This document shows positions 1-10,000 of a DNA stretch of 64,000 nucleotides, piece by piece. The DNA comes from Candidatus Cloacimonadales bacterium. Its GTDB lineage: Bacteria; Cloacimonadota; Cloacimonadia; Cloacimonadales; JAFGVF01. How positions within the stretch are numbered: position 1 is the first letter of the stretch; each line of letters begins with the position of its first letter. Location: the NCBI GenBank assembly GCA_963677495.2, contig CAXXOU010000003.1, positions 256,001 through 320,000 of the forward strand, in the 5' to 3' direction. The translations under genes were made by a program, and so were the position numbers. Under the pieces are notes generated by a model, which searched no databases, had not been told where the DNA came from, and was given only the letters and a program-made list of their open reading frames with translations.

Positions 1-991
1 TATTAATGCCATTAGTAAGGCTGTGTGAGAAACTGCAATGATTTACGATATTAATATCGAAATTCCACCATATTGCTAACATAGCGCTATTGTTATCTCC
101 ACCACCATATTTAAAGTTTACATAATTAAGATCAACATCTTCTGAAGGATTATCTGATTCCTCACCAACTATATATACAGTACCCCAATCACCGGGAGCG
201 GGAGAAGTTGTATTTCCATCACCGTTTGTGTCTCCACCAACAGTATCATCTTTTAGTGATGTGAATGTTATGTTAATGCTTGAGTCAAAAGGAGTAATTA
301 AACCTCCGCTAAATTTGACGTTTGCTGAATCCCACATCTTCGCTATTGCACCCGAATCAAACTCAACCGGATAATGAAACTCTGTATTCTGGAAGAATAT
401 CCAAGGGAAGCTATCTGTAAATACTGAAACACTGTTATAAATGTCTCCTGTTATTATTGGACCACCATAGTTTGCTGCAGAGAAATCACAACCGATTAAA
501 CTGTTGAAACTACTATCTTCTAAATATAATGGTGCAACATCACAAGTCCCAAATGTTGTAGTTGTCAGGTGTACTGCACTATCAAGAGCTCTAATCCCTG
601 AGTTACAATACCCAATCCAGGTATCATGAGCTTCAATACTCCCTTGAGTTACCAACACTCCATCCCAGTCACCTGCTACCGGGTTACCATTTGAAATAGG
701 GATATAATCTCCAACACTATCGTCATTGATACTGGTCAGATGCACCTGATTCGAGGATGGGATGTATAGTGTACCTTCAACTATCATTTCAGTATTAGGT
801 GTAAATTTCACATTCGATTCTATAGTTAGAGTAACACCTTGTGGAATCGTAACATCAGAGGTTACCCAATATGTATTGTTACTCCATGTAGTAGTTGAGC
901 TTATTTCTCCACTAACCTGTACAACTGCTCCAAGAGAACATATATTAATTAGAAATAAAGTTATATAAATTAACCTTGCAGACTTTCGCAT
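1..991 (-). CDS. Secreted right-handed beta-helix-type protein, partial (runs off the window start)
   Basis: Not in the ORF track; read manually. GGAGG RBS, then ATG at 991: [58 protein letters not shown]...GDWDGV. Signal peptide plus VSG.I...TTW / V.IP.GVTLTI / GDWG motifs. Confidence 0.8.
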   Translation of the reverse strand, partial: MRKSARLIYITLFLINICSLGAVVQVSGEISSTTTWSNNTYWVTSDVTIPQGVTLTIESNVKFTPNTEMIVEGTLYIPSSNQVHLTSINDDSVGDYIPISNGNPVAGDWDGVLVTQGSIEAHDTWIGYCNSGIRALDSAVHLTTTTFGTCDVAPLYLEDSSFNSLIGCDFSAANYGGPIITGDIYNSVSVFTDSFPWIFFQNTEFHYPVEFDSGAIAKMWDSANVKFSGGLITPFDSSINITFTSLKDDTVGGDTNGDGNTTSPAPGDWGTVYIVGEESDNPSEDVDLNYVNFKYGGGDNNSAMLAIWWNFDINIVNHCSFSHSLTNGIN

Positions 992-1089
992 TCTTCCTCC
1001 TAAAAATAACATTTAATAATCAAAATTTCCCAATAAATGTCAAGTTCTATATGGTTAAATCTTTAGAGACATGTATTAAACTTATCTAT

Positions 1090-1231
1090 CATTGCTCCTT
1101 CATAATTCAGCACCAATTTGTATCAATTTCTACTCAGAATCTTATCACTCTCTTATGCTCTACCCCCAGAAAGGCCCAAGAGACTCTCAAAATTCGGTCT
1201 ACTTTTAATCACTTATTATGATGGAGGAATG
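1090..1231. repeat. 142-bp palindromic element, copy 1
   Basis: Ends CATTGCTCCTTCATAAT and ATTATGATGGAGGAATG are imperfect inverted repeats. Aligns along its length to the reverse complement of 13143-13284. Confidence 0.85.
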
Positions 1232-1422
1232 AAAGAACATAGAGTCTAAATCTTCTGAAACGAGAATCAGAACTCAGAATAATATTAAAAAAGATTGACA
1301 TAATACAGAATGTATGTAAAGTTTTGTATGTTAGGATTTAATCTGAAGGATTCATAGTCTTTCTGATTAAATCCTGCAAAAGAAAACAGTGTTAAAACTG
1401 TATATTATCTTTTGGAGGAATC

Positions 1423-3321
1423 ATGCAACATTTGTCAAATGAGCAAGGCTCTATCTCTTTAGCTATTATTGTAGCTATAATCGCAATCATCTCAGCTACA
1501 TCATTAGCTCTTATTGCAAAAACTGACCATGCACATCTTGGTTTAACTATTTCAAATGAACAGGAACGGATATTACTACGTTCTGAGATTGAAAGGTGCT
1601 ACACTGTTCTTAGTAATACAGACACAATTAGTGGAATGGTTTTACCTGAACGACGCGTTAACATCAAAGCAAAGAACTATGACAGGACTTACTATACTAA
1701 CTCAGAGATAAAACCTAAAACATCCACTGCTCAAGGTGTGATGAGTTATGAACTTAAATGTGGAATTAGCAACTCAAAAGGAGTTTTCAATAGGCTAAGA
1801 ACACGTGTGGATAGATATAGTTATGCCGAAGTTGGACGTCTGAATCTTGCCGGGATTCATTACTTTACAGATTCTGAGTTAACAGTAAACAACACTCAAG
1901 CTTGTTTCTGGGGAAATGATGTTGTCTATGGAGAATTACACACTAATGGTGATATTGCTGTTCAGAATGGTGGTAATAACCAATACAATGGTCCATGGCC
2001 CTGTTTCTTTAGTAAGGTGTCTATGGCAGGTGATTTAAATTGGTATAATGGTGCCGGTCCTATGGATCAAATCTTTAGAGACGGGTATCAGGAAAATGCG
2101 GAAGTTATCCCTTTCCCGAATAGTGCAGATGATATTAGAATGCTTGGAACTGTAATTGATATTTCCGGGGATATATTATATATTAGATCATTTGGAGCAT
2201 CTACAGAAGGTTATATGGGGACAATAGTTTACGCTGGAATAGATACTTTGTTTAATCTGGTACCTGAAGTTGGCACATGGACAGCATCAGATGGAGTTCA
2301 GAACCCGTATCAATACGTTCGAGACCGTTCTGCGTTTAATAGAATGACTCATAAGGATACTATTTGGAGTTCATGTTCTGTAACATGTCCGAATGGTGGA
2401 GGAGTTTTGATAGAAAATGCACAGTTATGGATAGATGGCACTTTCTCTGGTGCACAGACTTGGGCTTGTACTGACACTTTGTTTATCGCAGGAGATATCC
2501 TTTTAGATGGAACAGCAATGGGAGAGTTTCCGGACGATGTTATGCATCATAATGATAGCGACAGAGTTGGTTTGATATCAGAGGAGAGTATCGTTATCAA
2601 ATATGGCATGCCGGATTTATTAGCGGGAATAGATGGTGGGATATATCATCGCTTACACCCTAACAGTGATGATATTTACATCTATGCTGCTTTATGTGCT
2701 CTTGGAGATGGGAATAGTAACCCTAACTATGATGGAAGATTTACATTTGAGTATCAACACCCACATGCTTCAACGCCTTCTATCGGCTTTACTGAAATCT
2801 ATGATCCCGAGATGGATACTGTATTCACTAAGAACGTTGCATATCCCGACCTTCAGGGCTTATCGAACGTCAACGGCTACACTCCTACAGGATATGGAGA
2901 TATAATTGATTATAGTAGCTCAACAATAAACAATAACTGGCCCGGAGATTTGGACTTCCCGTTCTATAATCCACTATATCCCGAAGGACCTAATGACATA
3001 AATCAATATGCCGGTGAACGAGGAACTATTCACCTTTTTGGTTCAGTTGCTCAAAGAAGAAAAGGCTATGTACATCGCTCGAATTACCAGAATCTCAATA
3101 GAACCCAAAATGTTTGGATGTTCAATGATGAAGATTTCACAGGAATTGCCCAATATGGTGGAAACTGTACATCAGCAGGAGAAGGTTATGATACATATTA
3201 TATGTTCGACTCGAGATTCATTTCAACCCCTCCTCCCTTATTCCCTTTAACAAATAAACTGATATTTGTGGACCATAGTAAGATGACTAGCTCGCAAGCA
3301 GGGAGCCATGCTGACTTCTAA
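1423..3321 (+). CDS. PilX-like protein with prepilin-like N-terminus (hypothetical)
   Basis: GGAGG RBS. N-terminus NEQG|SISLAIIVAIIAII resembles a class III signal peptide. G.LHTNGD motif and C-terminal Y.FD.R...PPP.FP motif. Confidence 0.65.
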   Translation: MQHLSNEQGSISLAIIVAIIAIISATSLALIAKTDHAHLGLTISNEQERILLRSEIERCYTVLSNTDTISGMVLPERRVNIKAKNYDRTYYTNSEIKPKTSTAQGVMSYELKCGISNSKGVFNRLRTRVDRYSYAEVGRLNLAGIHYFTDSELTVNNTQACFWGNDVVYGELHTNGDIAVQNGGNNQYNGPWPCFFSKVSMAGDLNWYNGAGPMDQIFRDGYQENAEVIPFPNSADDIRMLGTVIDISGDILYIRSFGASTEGYMGTIVYAGIDTLFNLVPEVGTWTASDGVQNPYQYVRDRSAFNRMTHKDTIWSSCSVTCPNGGGVLIENAQLWIDGTFSGAQTWACTDTLFIAGDILLDGTAMGEFPDDVMHHNDSDRVGLISEESIVIKYGMPDLLAGIDGGIYHRLHPNSDDIYIYAALCALGDGNSNPNYDGRFTFEYQHPHASTPSIGFTEIYDPEMDTVFTKNVAYPDLQGLSNVNGYTPTGYGDIIDYSSSTINNNWPGDLDFPFYNPLYPEGPNDINQYAGERGTIHLFGSVAQRRKGYVHRSNYQNLNRTQNVWMFNDEDFTGIAQYGGNCTSAGEGYDTYYMFDSRFISTPPPLFPLTNKLIFVDHSKMTSSQAGSHADF

Positions 3322-3340
3322 TTTAAGTGTCTTAATATTT

Positions 3341-3369
3341 AGGGTAGACAATGTCTGCCCTTTTTCTTT
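3341..3369 (+). terminator. Rho-independent terminator
   Basis: AGGGTAGACA-A-TGTCTGCCCT hairpin followed by a T run, just after the 1423-3321 gene. Confidence 0.65.
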
Positions 3370-3389
3370 ACTCAATCATAGGAGTTAAA

Positions 3390-3950
3390 ATGACTATTAG
3401 TGAAAGACCAATATCGGATGTTATGCACATACATGAAGTTTCTATTGCCTTTGAGGTAAAGTCTGTGTGCAGATTCAAACTTACAACTGATGAATATTGC
3501 TTCATTGAAGAGTCGATAGAAAAACCATATATCAAAGACTATGATTCTATCCCAGATAATCATCCTATGGATTGGGCAAAAGAATTTGATATGCAGAATT
3601 GGGGATTACTATTCGCTCACGAAGATGATAAGATAATAGGTTCAGCTTTAATCGCATACAATACTAATGGTGTGAATATGCTGGAAGGTAGCAGTGAATT
3701 AGCTGTACTCTGGGACTTACGAGTAGCACCTAAACATAGAGGGAAAGGGGTTGGGAGAGCACTATTTGATGCTGCGAAAGCTTGGGCAAAAGCAAAAGGT
3801 TGCAAAGAGCTTAAGATTGAGACGCAGAACAACAATGTGGGAGCTCTGAAATTCTATTTCAAACAGGGAGCTGAATTAAGAAAGGTAGTTACCAATGCCT
3901 ATGATGCTGTTCCGGGTGAGGATATGCTTCTATTCTATGTGAAAATTTGA
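3390..3950 (+). CDS. GNAT family N-acetyltransferase
   Basis: WDLRVAPKHRGKGVGRALF acetyl-CoA motif and ETQNNNVGA.KFY. AGGAG RBS before ATG 3390. Confidence 0.9.
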   Translation: MTISERPISDVMHIHEVSIAFEVKSVCRFKLTTDEYCFIEESIEKPYIKDYDSIPDNHPMDWAKEFDMQNWGLLFAHEDDKIIGSALIAYNTNGVNMLEGSSELAVLWDLRVAPKHRGKGVGRALFDAAKAWAKAKGCKELKIETQNNNVGALKFYFKQGAELRKVVTNAYDAVPGEDMLLFYVKI

Positions 3951-4102
3951 GAGAAAGCATTATAAGTAACGACACGTGTATTTATTGCATAATCTCTAGT
4001 TTCAAACTCTTTAGAATCTTAAACTCTTTTTTAACACTAAGAGACTAACTTACAACTGTCTATCATAAGAAGTTAAGTAAATCATTTGCTACACTTCTCG
4101 TT

Positions 4103-4244
4103 CTAGTCCCAGCAGTAATAATTACCGTTATGATAGCGATATCTCAGTAATAACTTACCAATTACTTAGTAATTAGGCCAAGGATTGGCCAAGAATTGGC
4201 CAAGAGTTGCCTAAGGGTTTGCTAAGAATTACTGCTGGGAAATG
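4103..4244. repeat. 142-bp palindromic element with 11-bp periodic (TTGGCCAAG) array
   Basis: Perfect 13-bp inverted repeat TCCCAGCAGTAAT (4107-4119) / ATTACTGCTGGGA (4228-4240). Internal units ATTGGCCAAGA, ATTGGCCAAGA, GTTGCCTAAGG, GTTTGCTAAGA. Inverted homolog at 30829-30970. Confidence 0.85.
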
Positions 4245-4452
4245 AGAGAGAAACAAGGGTCAAGTCATAACAACTACGGATTTAAAGGTTCCCACTATTG
4301 CAAGTTTAAGTGTAAGGAGGGACAAGGAACATCATGATCAGTTCGTAAGCTAAAGGTGAACATCTGTATGCTAAAAAGATATATATATTATAGCTAAGTC
4401 TCATTACTTCGAAATTAAGATGACCGTAATGGTGGTAACTAACAATAATTTC

Positions 4453-4481
4453 TTGACATCAATGCATACATTATATGTAAT
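4453..4481 (+). promoter_or_regulatory. Sigma70-type promoter
   Basis: TTGACA-N17-TGTAAT upstream of the 4524 gene. Confidence 0.55.
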
Positions 4482-4523
4482 TAGATGTTAATTTAAAACT
4501 TATACGAAAAATTGGGAGGAAAA

Positions 4524-6791
4524 ATGAAGAAGTTTACTCTATTCGTTTTATTATTTACTCTCATCCTGACTCTGACCGCAGACAGAATGAGTGCAGACAA
4601 CAATCTTAAACCATTACCTGATGGTAAACCACTTTTCCAAGCTAGTCGTCCAATGGCAAGAGACAATGCCAGTGGAATTACTTGGGAGATGCCTTTTAAC
4701 CCTGTTGCAATTCATGGATCTAATTATTATGATTACATGATTGCCGGATATAGCAATATCCCTATCCGCAGACAAGAAGATAGTGTTGCCGGTGGTGGTT
4801 GGTTCTACAATTTTATGTCAAAACCATCTGCATCAGGCAATAGACGTGTTTATTACGGCTGGATGGATGACAATGGTCCGACTACTGATCCGCTTTTATT
4901 CACAGGTGTTGACCAATGGGAAGGTTATCCATCAATGGATCTTGATGAAGCTGGTCACATGATTATGAGCTGGCACTCAATCGGTGCTGATGATGTTGCT
5001 GATGTTAAAGTTGGTTATGACCCTTACTTTGCAGGTATCCCAGGAATTCCAAGTGATGCTTTCATGGTAATGGATAACCCAACAAACACTAATGGTTTTG
5101 ATGATAATGAATTTATCTGGCCTGGTGTACAGGTTGGTGCATCACCATTAGGTGGAGGCTATAACCGTGCTTATATAATGGCAAAGAACACAGTTTCACA
5201 TTCAGTTATTAGCGAAACAAGTGGTGAAGCGCAAGCAGTTGAGAATGTTTATATTGCTTTTGCTGACTATACTTCTGATGACATTGACTTCGGTCTTGAG
5301 CTAACCTGGAACTATACAAGTATCCCTACTATCGATGCTTGGAATGTTGATACAAACGAATGGCGTCGCCCTAACTACTCTTTCATCATTGGTGAAGGTG
5401 AAAACGAAGGGAAAATCTTCTACATAGGAACTCACCTTGGTGATCTTGCTCCTGAAGAAGCATCATTTGATGTATTTATTCATGATGATTATTGTAACCC
5501 GGAAACAGAATGGCGTACAGTTAGCTTTGACATTGAAATGCCTTTAGCAAATCCTCAGAATGCAAACAATGAATACCTCTTCATGGATGATGAAAATAAT
5601 GTACCTTATGACTTGCATTGGGATATCGTAAATAGCTCACACAACAATGCAGCTTTTGATAATATGGGTAGAATCCATTTACCTGTAACCTATTGTATCG
5701 TAACTTCAGAAGATAGTTATTATTACTATTTCCACAACCTTAAAGACATGATTTTTGATCCAATGAATGAAACACTTGAAATTGTAGATATTTTCCCACA
5801 AAGTCTTGCAGAAGGTGAACATTATGTACCTTGGGACATGGATGCAGATGGTGCTTATGACGCATACTGGGATGACGGAACATACGATGGTGTAGATGAT
5901 GGTATAACTCCGGATGTTGAAGGATATGGTAATCTTAAATATGATACAATCTGGCCTTTCCAACATTGGGATAGTGATAGTCATGAAGAAGCTATGTTCT
6001 TTAACTTAAATCACCTCAAGATGACTTATGCTAATGACGACAATGTTATGGCTGCACTATGGTTAGATTCAACAGCAGGAAGAGACTTTCTTGGTGACAA
6101 CTTAACATATTGGGAGCCTTACCAATCTACTCCTGAAATCTATGTTGCTATTTCCGGAGACAATGGTGAGACATGGACTGAGCCTTTTGCTTTCAGTGGT
6201 GTTAATGTAGAAGAAGATTTCTGGTTTGATGATGATGGTGCTTATCTTGGATTCACAGAGACTCATGAATATGTTCCTGCATGGGATGGTATGACTACAA
6301 TGTATGCTTATCCATCAGAAGAGCTTATTCATATCGGTACAGATGATGATGGTAATGAGATTTACAGACTCTTCATTATGTTCCATGATGATGATGACTG
6401 GGGTTCATCAGTTGTAGGTGAAGGTCAAGCAGGACCGGGACAGGTTCTTATGAATGCAATTGACTTCCATATCCCTGCCTCAGTATCTAACGATACAAAC
6501 TCACAACCTGTTGTTAACAGCATGCTTCAACAGAACTATCCTAATCCATTTAGCTCAACTTCTACTTTCGAATATGACCTTAAGAACTCAGGTGATGTAA
6601 GCCTTAAAGTTTACAACATTAAAGGTCAGTTAGTGAGAACACTTGTAGATAACCATCAAACTGCTTCAATGCATCAGATAAACTGGAATGGCATGAGCGA
6701 TTCAGGTGATGTTGTACCAAGTGGTATTTACTTCTATAAGTTAGAAGCTAATGGACATACAGAAACAAGAAAGATGATAAAAATCAAATAA
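4524..6791 (+). CDS. Secreted acidic protein with FlgD-Ig/T9SS-A-like CTD
   Basis: GGAGG RBS, signal peptide, S.DNGETW Asp-box-like motif, C-terminal QNYPNPF...GIYFYKL...RKMIKIK. Confidence 0.85.
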   Translation: MKKFTLFVLLFTLILTLTADRMSADNNLKPLPDGKPLFQASRPMARDNASGITWEMPFNPVAIHGSNYYDYMIAGYSNIPIRRQEDSVAGGGWFYNFMSKPSASGNRRVYYGWMDDNGPTTDPLLFTGVDQWEGYPSMDLDEAGHMIMSWHSIGADDVADVKVGYDPYFAGIPGIPSDAFMVMDNPTNTNGFDDNEFIWPGVQVGASPLGGGYNRAYIMAKNTVSHSVISETSGEAQAVENVYIAFADYTSDDIDFGLELTWNYTSIPTIDAWNVDTNEWRRPNYSFIIGEGENEGKIFYIGTHLGDLAPEEASFDVFIHDDYCNPETEWRTVSFDIEMPLANPQNANNEYLFMDDENNVPYDLHWDIVNSSHNNAAFDNMGRIHLPVTYCIVTSEDSYYYYFHNLKDMIFDPMNETLEIVDIFPQSLAEGEHYVPWDMDADGAYDAYWDDGTYDGVDDGITPDVEGYGNLKYDTIWPFQHWDSDSHEEAMFFNLNHLKMTYANDDNVMAALWLDSTAGRDFLGDNLTYWEPYQSTPEIYVAISGDNGETWTEPFAFSGVNVEEDFWFDDDGAYLGFTETHEYVPAWDGMTTMYAYPSEELIHIGTDDDGNEIYRLFIMFHDDDDWGSSVVGEGQAGPGQVLMNAIDFHIPASVSNDTNSQPVVNSMLQQNYPNPFSSTSTFEYDLKNSGDVSLKVYNIKGQLVRTLVDNHQTASMHQINWNGMSDSGDVVPSGIYFYKLEANGHTETRKMIKIK

Positions 6792-6814
6792 ACTATTAAC
6801 CCTTAAAAAGATAG

Positions 6815-6845
6815 AAAGCCCTGATTATATCAGGGCTTTATTAAT
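6815..6845 (+). terminator. Rho-independent terminator
   Basis: AAAGCCCTGAT-TAT-ATCAGGGCTTT hairpin. Confidence 0.75.
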
Positions 6846-7009
6846 TATTGGCAGATAAAATAAAAAGCATTTGACAGCATTTTACCGTTTTCGAAATTTA
6901 TGCAGAGGTTAGGAGATTATAGTTAGTTTTGGAATAATGCATAGGGAGATTCAAACCAAATGAATATTATGCATTTAATTAATAATTTCATAAAAATAAG
7001 GAGGATCTA

Positions 7010-10000
7010 ATGAGTAAGAAATTGCTATTAGTTCTTGTTGTTGCAATCATGGTATTTAGCTTACTGGCAGATGGTACAAACACTGAAGCCGGAGCTCCAT
7101 TAGTTAACGCGTTACCGTATACTGATACCGGAGACTTAAGTGATAATACTGATGACAATGCACAAAGAGGAAGAGACGAGTGGTGGGAAATCACTCCGAC
7201 TATTGATTTAACAAATGTGGACATTCATCCTGTATACGACGGTTGGGATGGATATCTTTATATTTATGATTCTAATTTAACTCAAATTGCCTATGATGAT
7301 GATGGTCCTGGTGGAACAGCTGACTCTCAAGTAATCATGGATATAGCAGCAGGTACAACTGTATACGTATGTATTGATGAATATTCAGCAAGCACAGATC
7401 AGAGAACTTTCACTCTCAATATCTCTGCTGATCAAACAGGTACTATCGTTGATGCAGATGCTCCTGATATGATTACAAACGTTAATCCTGCAAGTGGTGC
7501 CATTGATGTAGCTCTTATGCCTACATTAACTTGGGATTTCGGTGCAAACACAGAGACTTATGACATCTTGTTTGATACAGTTAATCCACCTGTCAACCAA
7601 GTTGTAACAGGTGCTACAGCCGGAGCTACAGGTTCTTATACACCAGCTGCTGATTTAGTAGAGTTTACAACATATTATTGGCAAGTTGTTTGTCATAATT
7701 CTATTACGACTACAGCTACTGTAAACAGTATGAATTTCACTACTGTTGACATGTCTGCAGGACATATTGAGAATGCAGATCCAGCTAACGCAGCTCTTAA
7801 TGTACCACTTGATCAAGTTATCACTTGGGACTTTGCAGCAAATGCTGAAACTTATGACTTATACTTCGATACAGTAAACCCTCCTGTAAACCAGATCGTT
7901 ACTGATGCTGCTGTTGCAGGCCAAGGTTCTTATACACCAACAGGTTTACAGACTGCTACTACATATTACTGGAAAGTTGTTTCTAAAAACTCAACTTCTT
8001 TACGAGACACTGAAGACTTAATGTCTTTCCAGACTACTCTTGGAACTGATGTTCTTACAATTGGTAATGGTACTGAGATTAACCATCACCTTCCAATCGA
8101 ACCTTATTATGGTTACTCTTACTCACAAACTATCTATCTTCAGAGTGAAATAAACACTCCAGGTAGAAGAATTGAGAAAGTGTATTATCAGTATAATAAT
8201 GCTGCTACACTTAATAACTGTAACGAATGGGTTATTTACATGGGACATACTGCGAACAGCAGTTTTGCAAACAATGATGATTGGACTCCTGTTGCTCAGT
8301 TAACAGAAGTATATAATGGACCACTTCCTACTATCCCTGCTGATGGTTGGATTGAGTTTATTTTAACAACTCCATTTGTATATAACAACACTGATAATCT
8401 TATAATTGCTGTTGAAGAAAACCAACCTTCATATGGTAGTAGTTCAGAAGAGTTCTTTGGTACTGCTGTTACAGACCCACGTTCTATCTACTATTATACT
8501 GATAGTGCAGCAAACAATCCTGATCCTAATGCTCCACCGACAGCTCAAGGTACTCCAAGTGTTATTCCTAACACAAGATTATACTTCGGTGATATCCCAG
8601 CTGGTGCTCAGATGATGATCAACCCTGAAACTCATGACTTCGGTACATTATACACTAACACTGCTTCTGCTCCTATAACAATTTCAATGCAGAATACAGG
8701 TTCAGGTGTATTGAATGTTCAGTCTGTTGTTCTTGATGATACAGCTAACTATACATTAACTGATAATAATGTGTATCCTTTAGCTCTTAATACTGCTGAA
8801 AGTGCAACATTTGATGTTACATTCAATCCTGTAAATGACGGTCCTTTACCTGCTACTATCACTGTAACAGATGATATTACACGTCAAACTTACACTATCA
8901 ACCTTACAGGTGAAGGTTTCAATAATACAGTTTCTGTCTTCCCATATACTCAGAACTTTGATTTAGGTGCTGACCTTCCTATCGGTTGGGAACAGGGAAC
9001 AGAAGATGACAATGATTGGAGTGTAGGTTCTTCTACACCTTCATCTAGTACAGGTCCACAAGCCGGTGACCATACATCAGGTGCTGGGAACTTCGTTTTC
9101 ACTGAAGCTTCAGGTAACTTAAACCAACGTTTTGACCTGCTTGCTCCTCCTGTTGATATTACAACACTTGCAAATCCATTCTGTTCATTCTGGTATCACA
9201 TGCTTGGTGAATCAATGGGTACACTTCACGTGGATATCTGGGATGGTACTCAGTGGAATGAAGATGTAATGACACCAATCACCGGAGATCAAGGTGACAA
9301 CTGGCTTACAATGGATGTTCCATTAGCTGGTTTTGGTGATATTGTTCAAGTTAGATTCCGTGGTGTAACAGGTGATAACTATTACAGTGACATCGCTATT
9401 GATGACATCTCTTTCTGGGATAATGGAACTGCCCCTGGTGTTGCTACATTAGTAGCTCCAACTGATGGAGAAACAGGTGTTGCTATGACTGGTACTCTTG
9501 AGTGGGATTTCGTTATGGGTGCTTCAGGTTACTATGTAAACCTTGGTACAGATAATCCACCTACAGATGTATATAACATGTCTGATGCAGGTAATAGCTT
9601 AACATTTGATTATACAGGTCTTACTGCCGGTACTACTTACTATTGGCAGGTTGTTCCTTATAATGCTATTGGTAATGCTACTAATGCTCCAGTATGGTCA
9701 TTCACAACATTTAATGACCTTCCACTAGCGACTACTGTAGTTGCTCCAGCTGATGCAGCTATTCACCAGAGTATTACTCCTGTTCTTGAATGGGATGCTG
9801 CTGCTAACTTCCCTGATGGTTATAGAGTATCTCTCGGTACTGATAACCCTCCAACTGATGTTCTTAACGCTGAAGATGCTGGCTTCGTTACTTCTTATGC
9901 AGTAACTGGTCCTTTAGCTTTCGAAACAACATATTACTGGCAGGTTGTACCTTACAACTTCGTTGGTGATGCAGTTAACTGTCCTGTTTGGTCTTTCACA

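Noticed and set aside
976..1221. ORFs 976-1221 and 13153-13335 with similar translations
   Set aside because: The similarity comes from the non-coding 142-bp repeat. Their N-termini are unrelated and neither has a convincing RBS.
4250..4375. Additional 11-bp arrays here and at 61050-61090 and 63015-63050
   Set aside because: The phasing is suggestive but too degenerate, and I could not define termini by eye.
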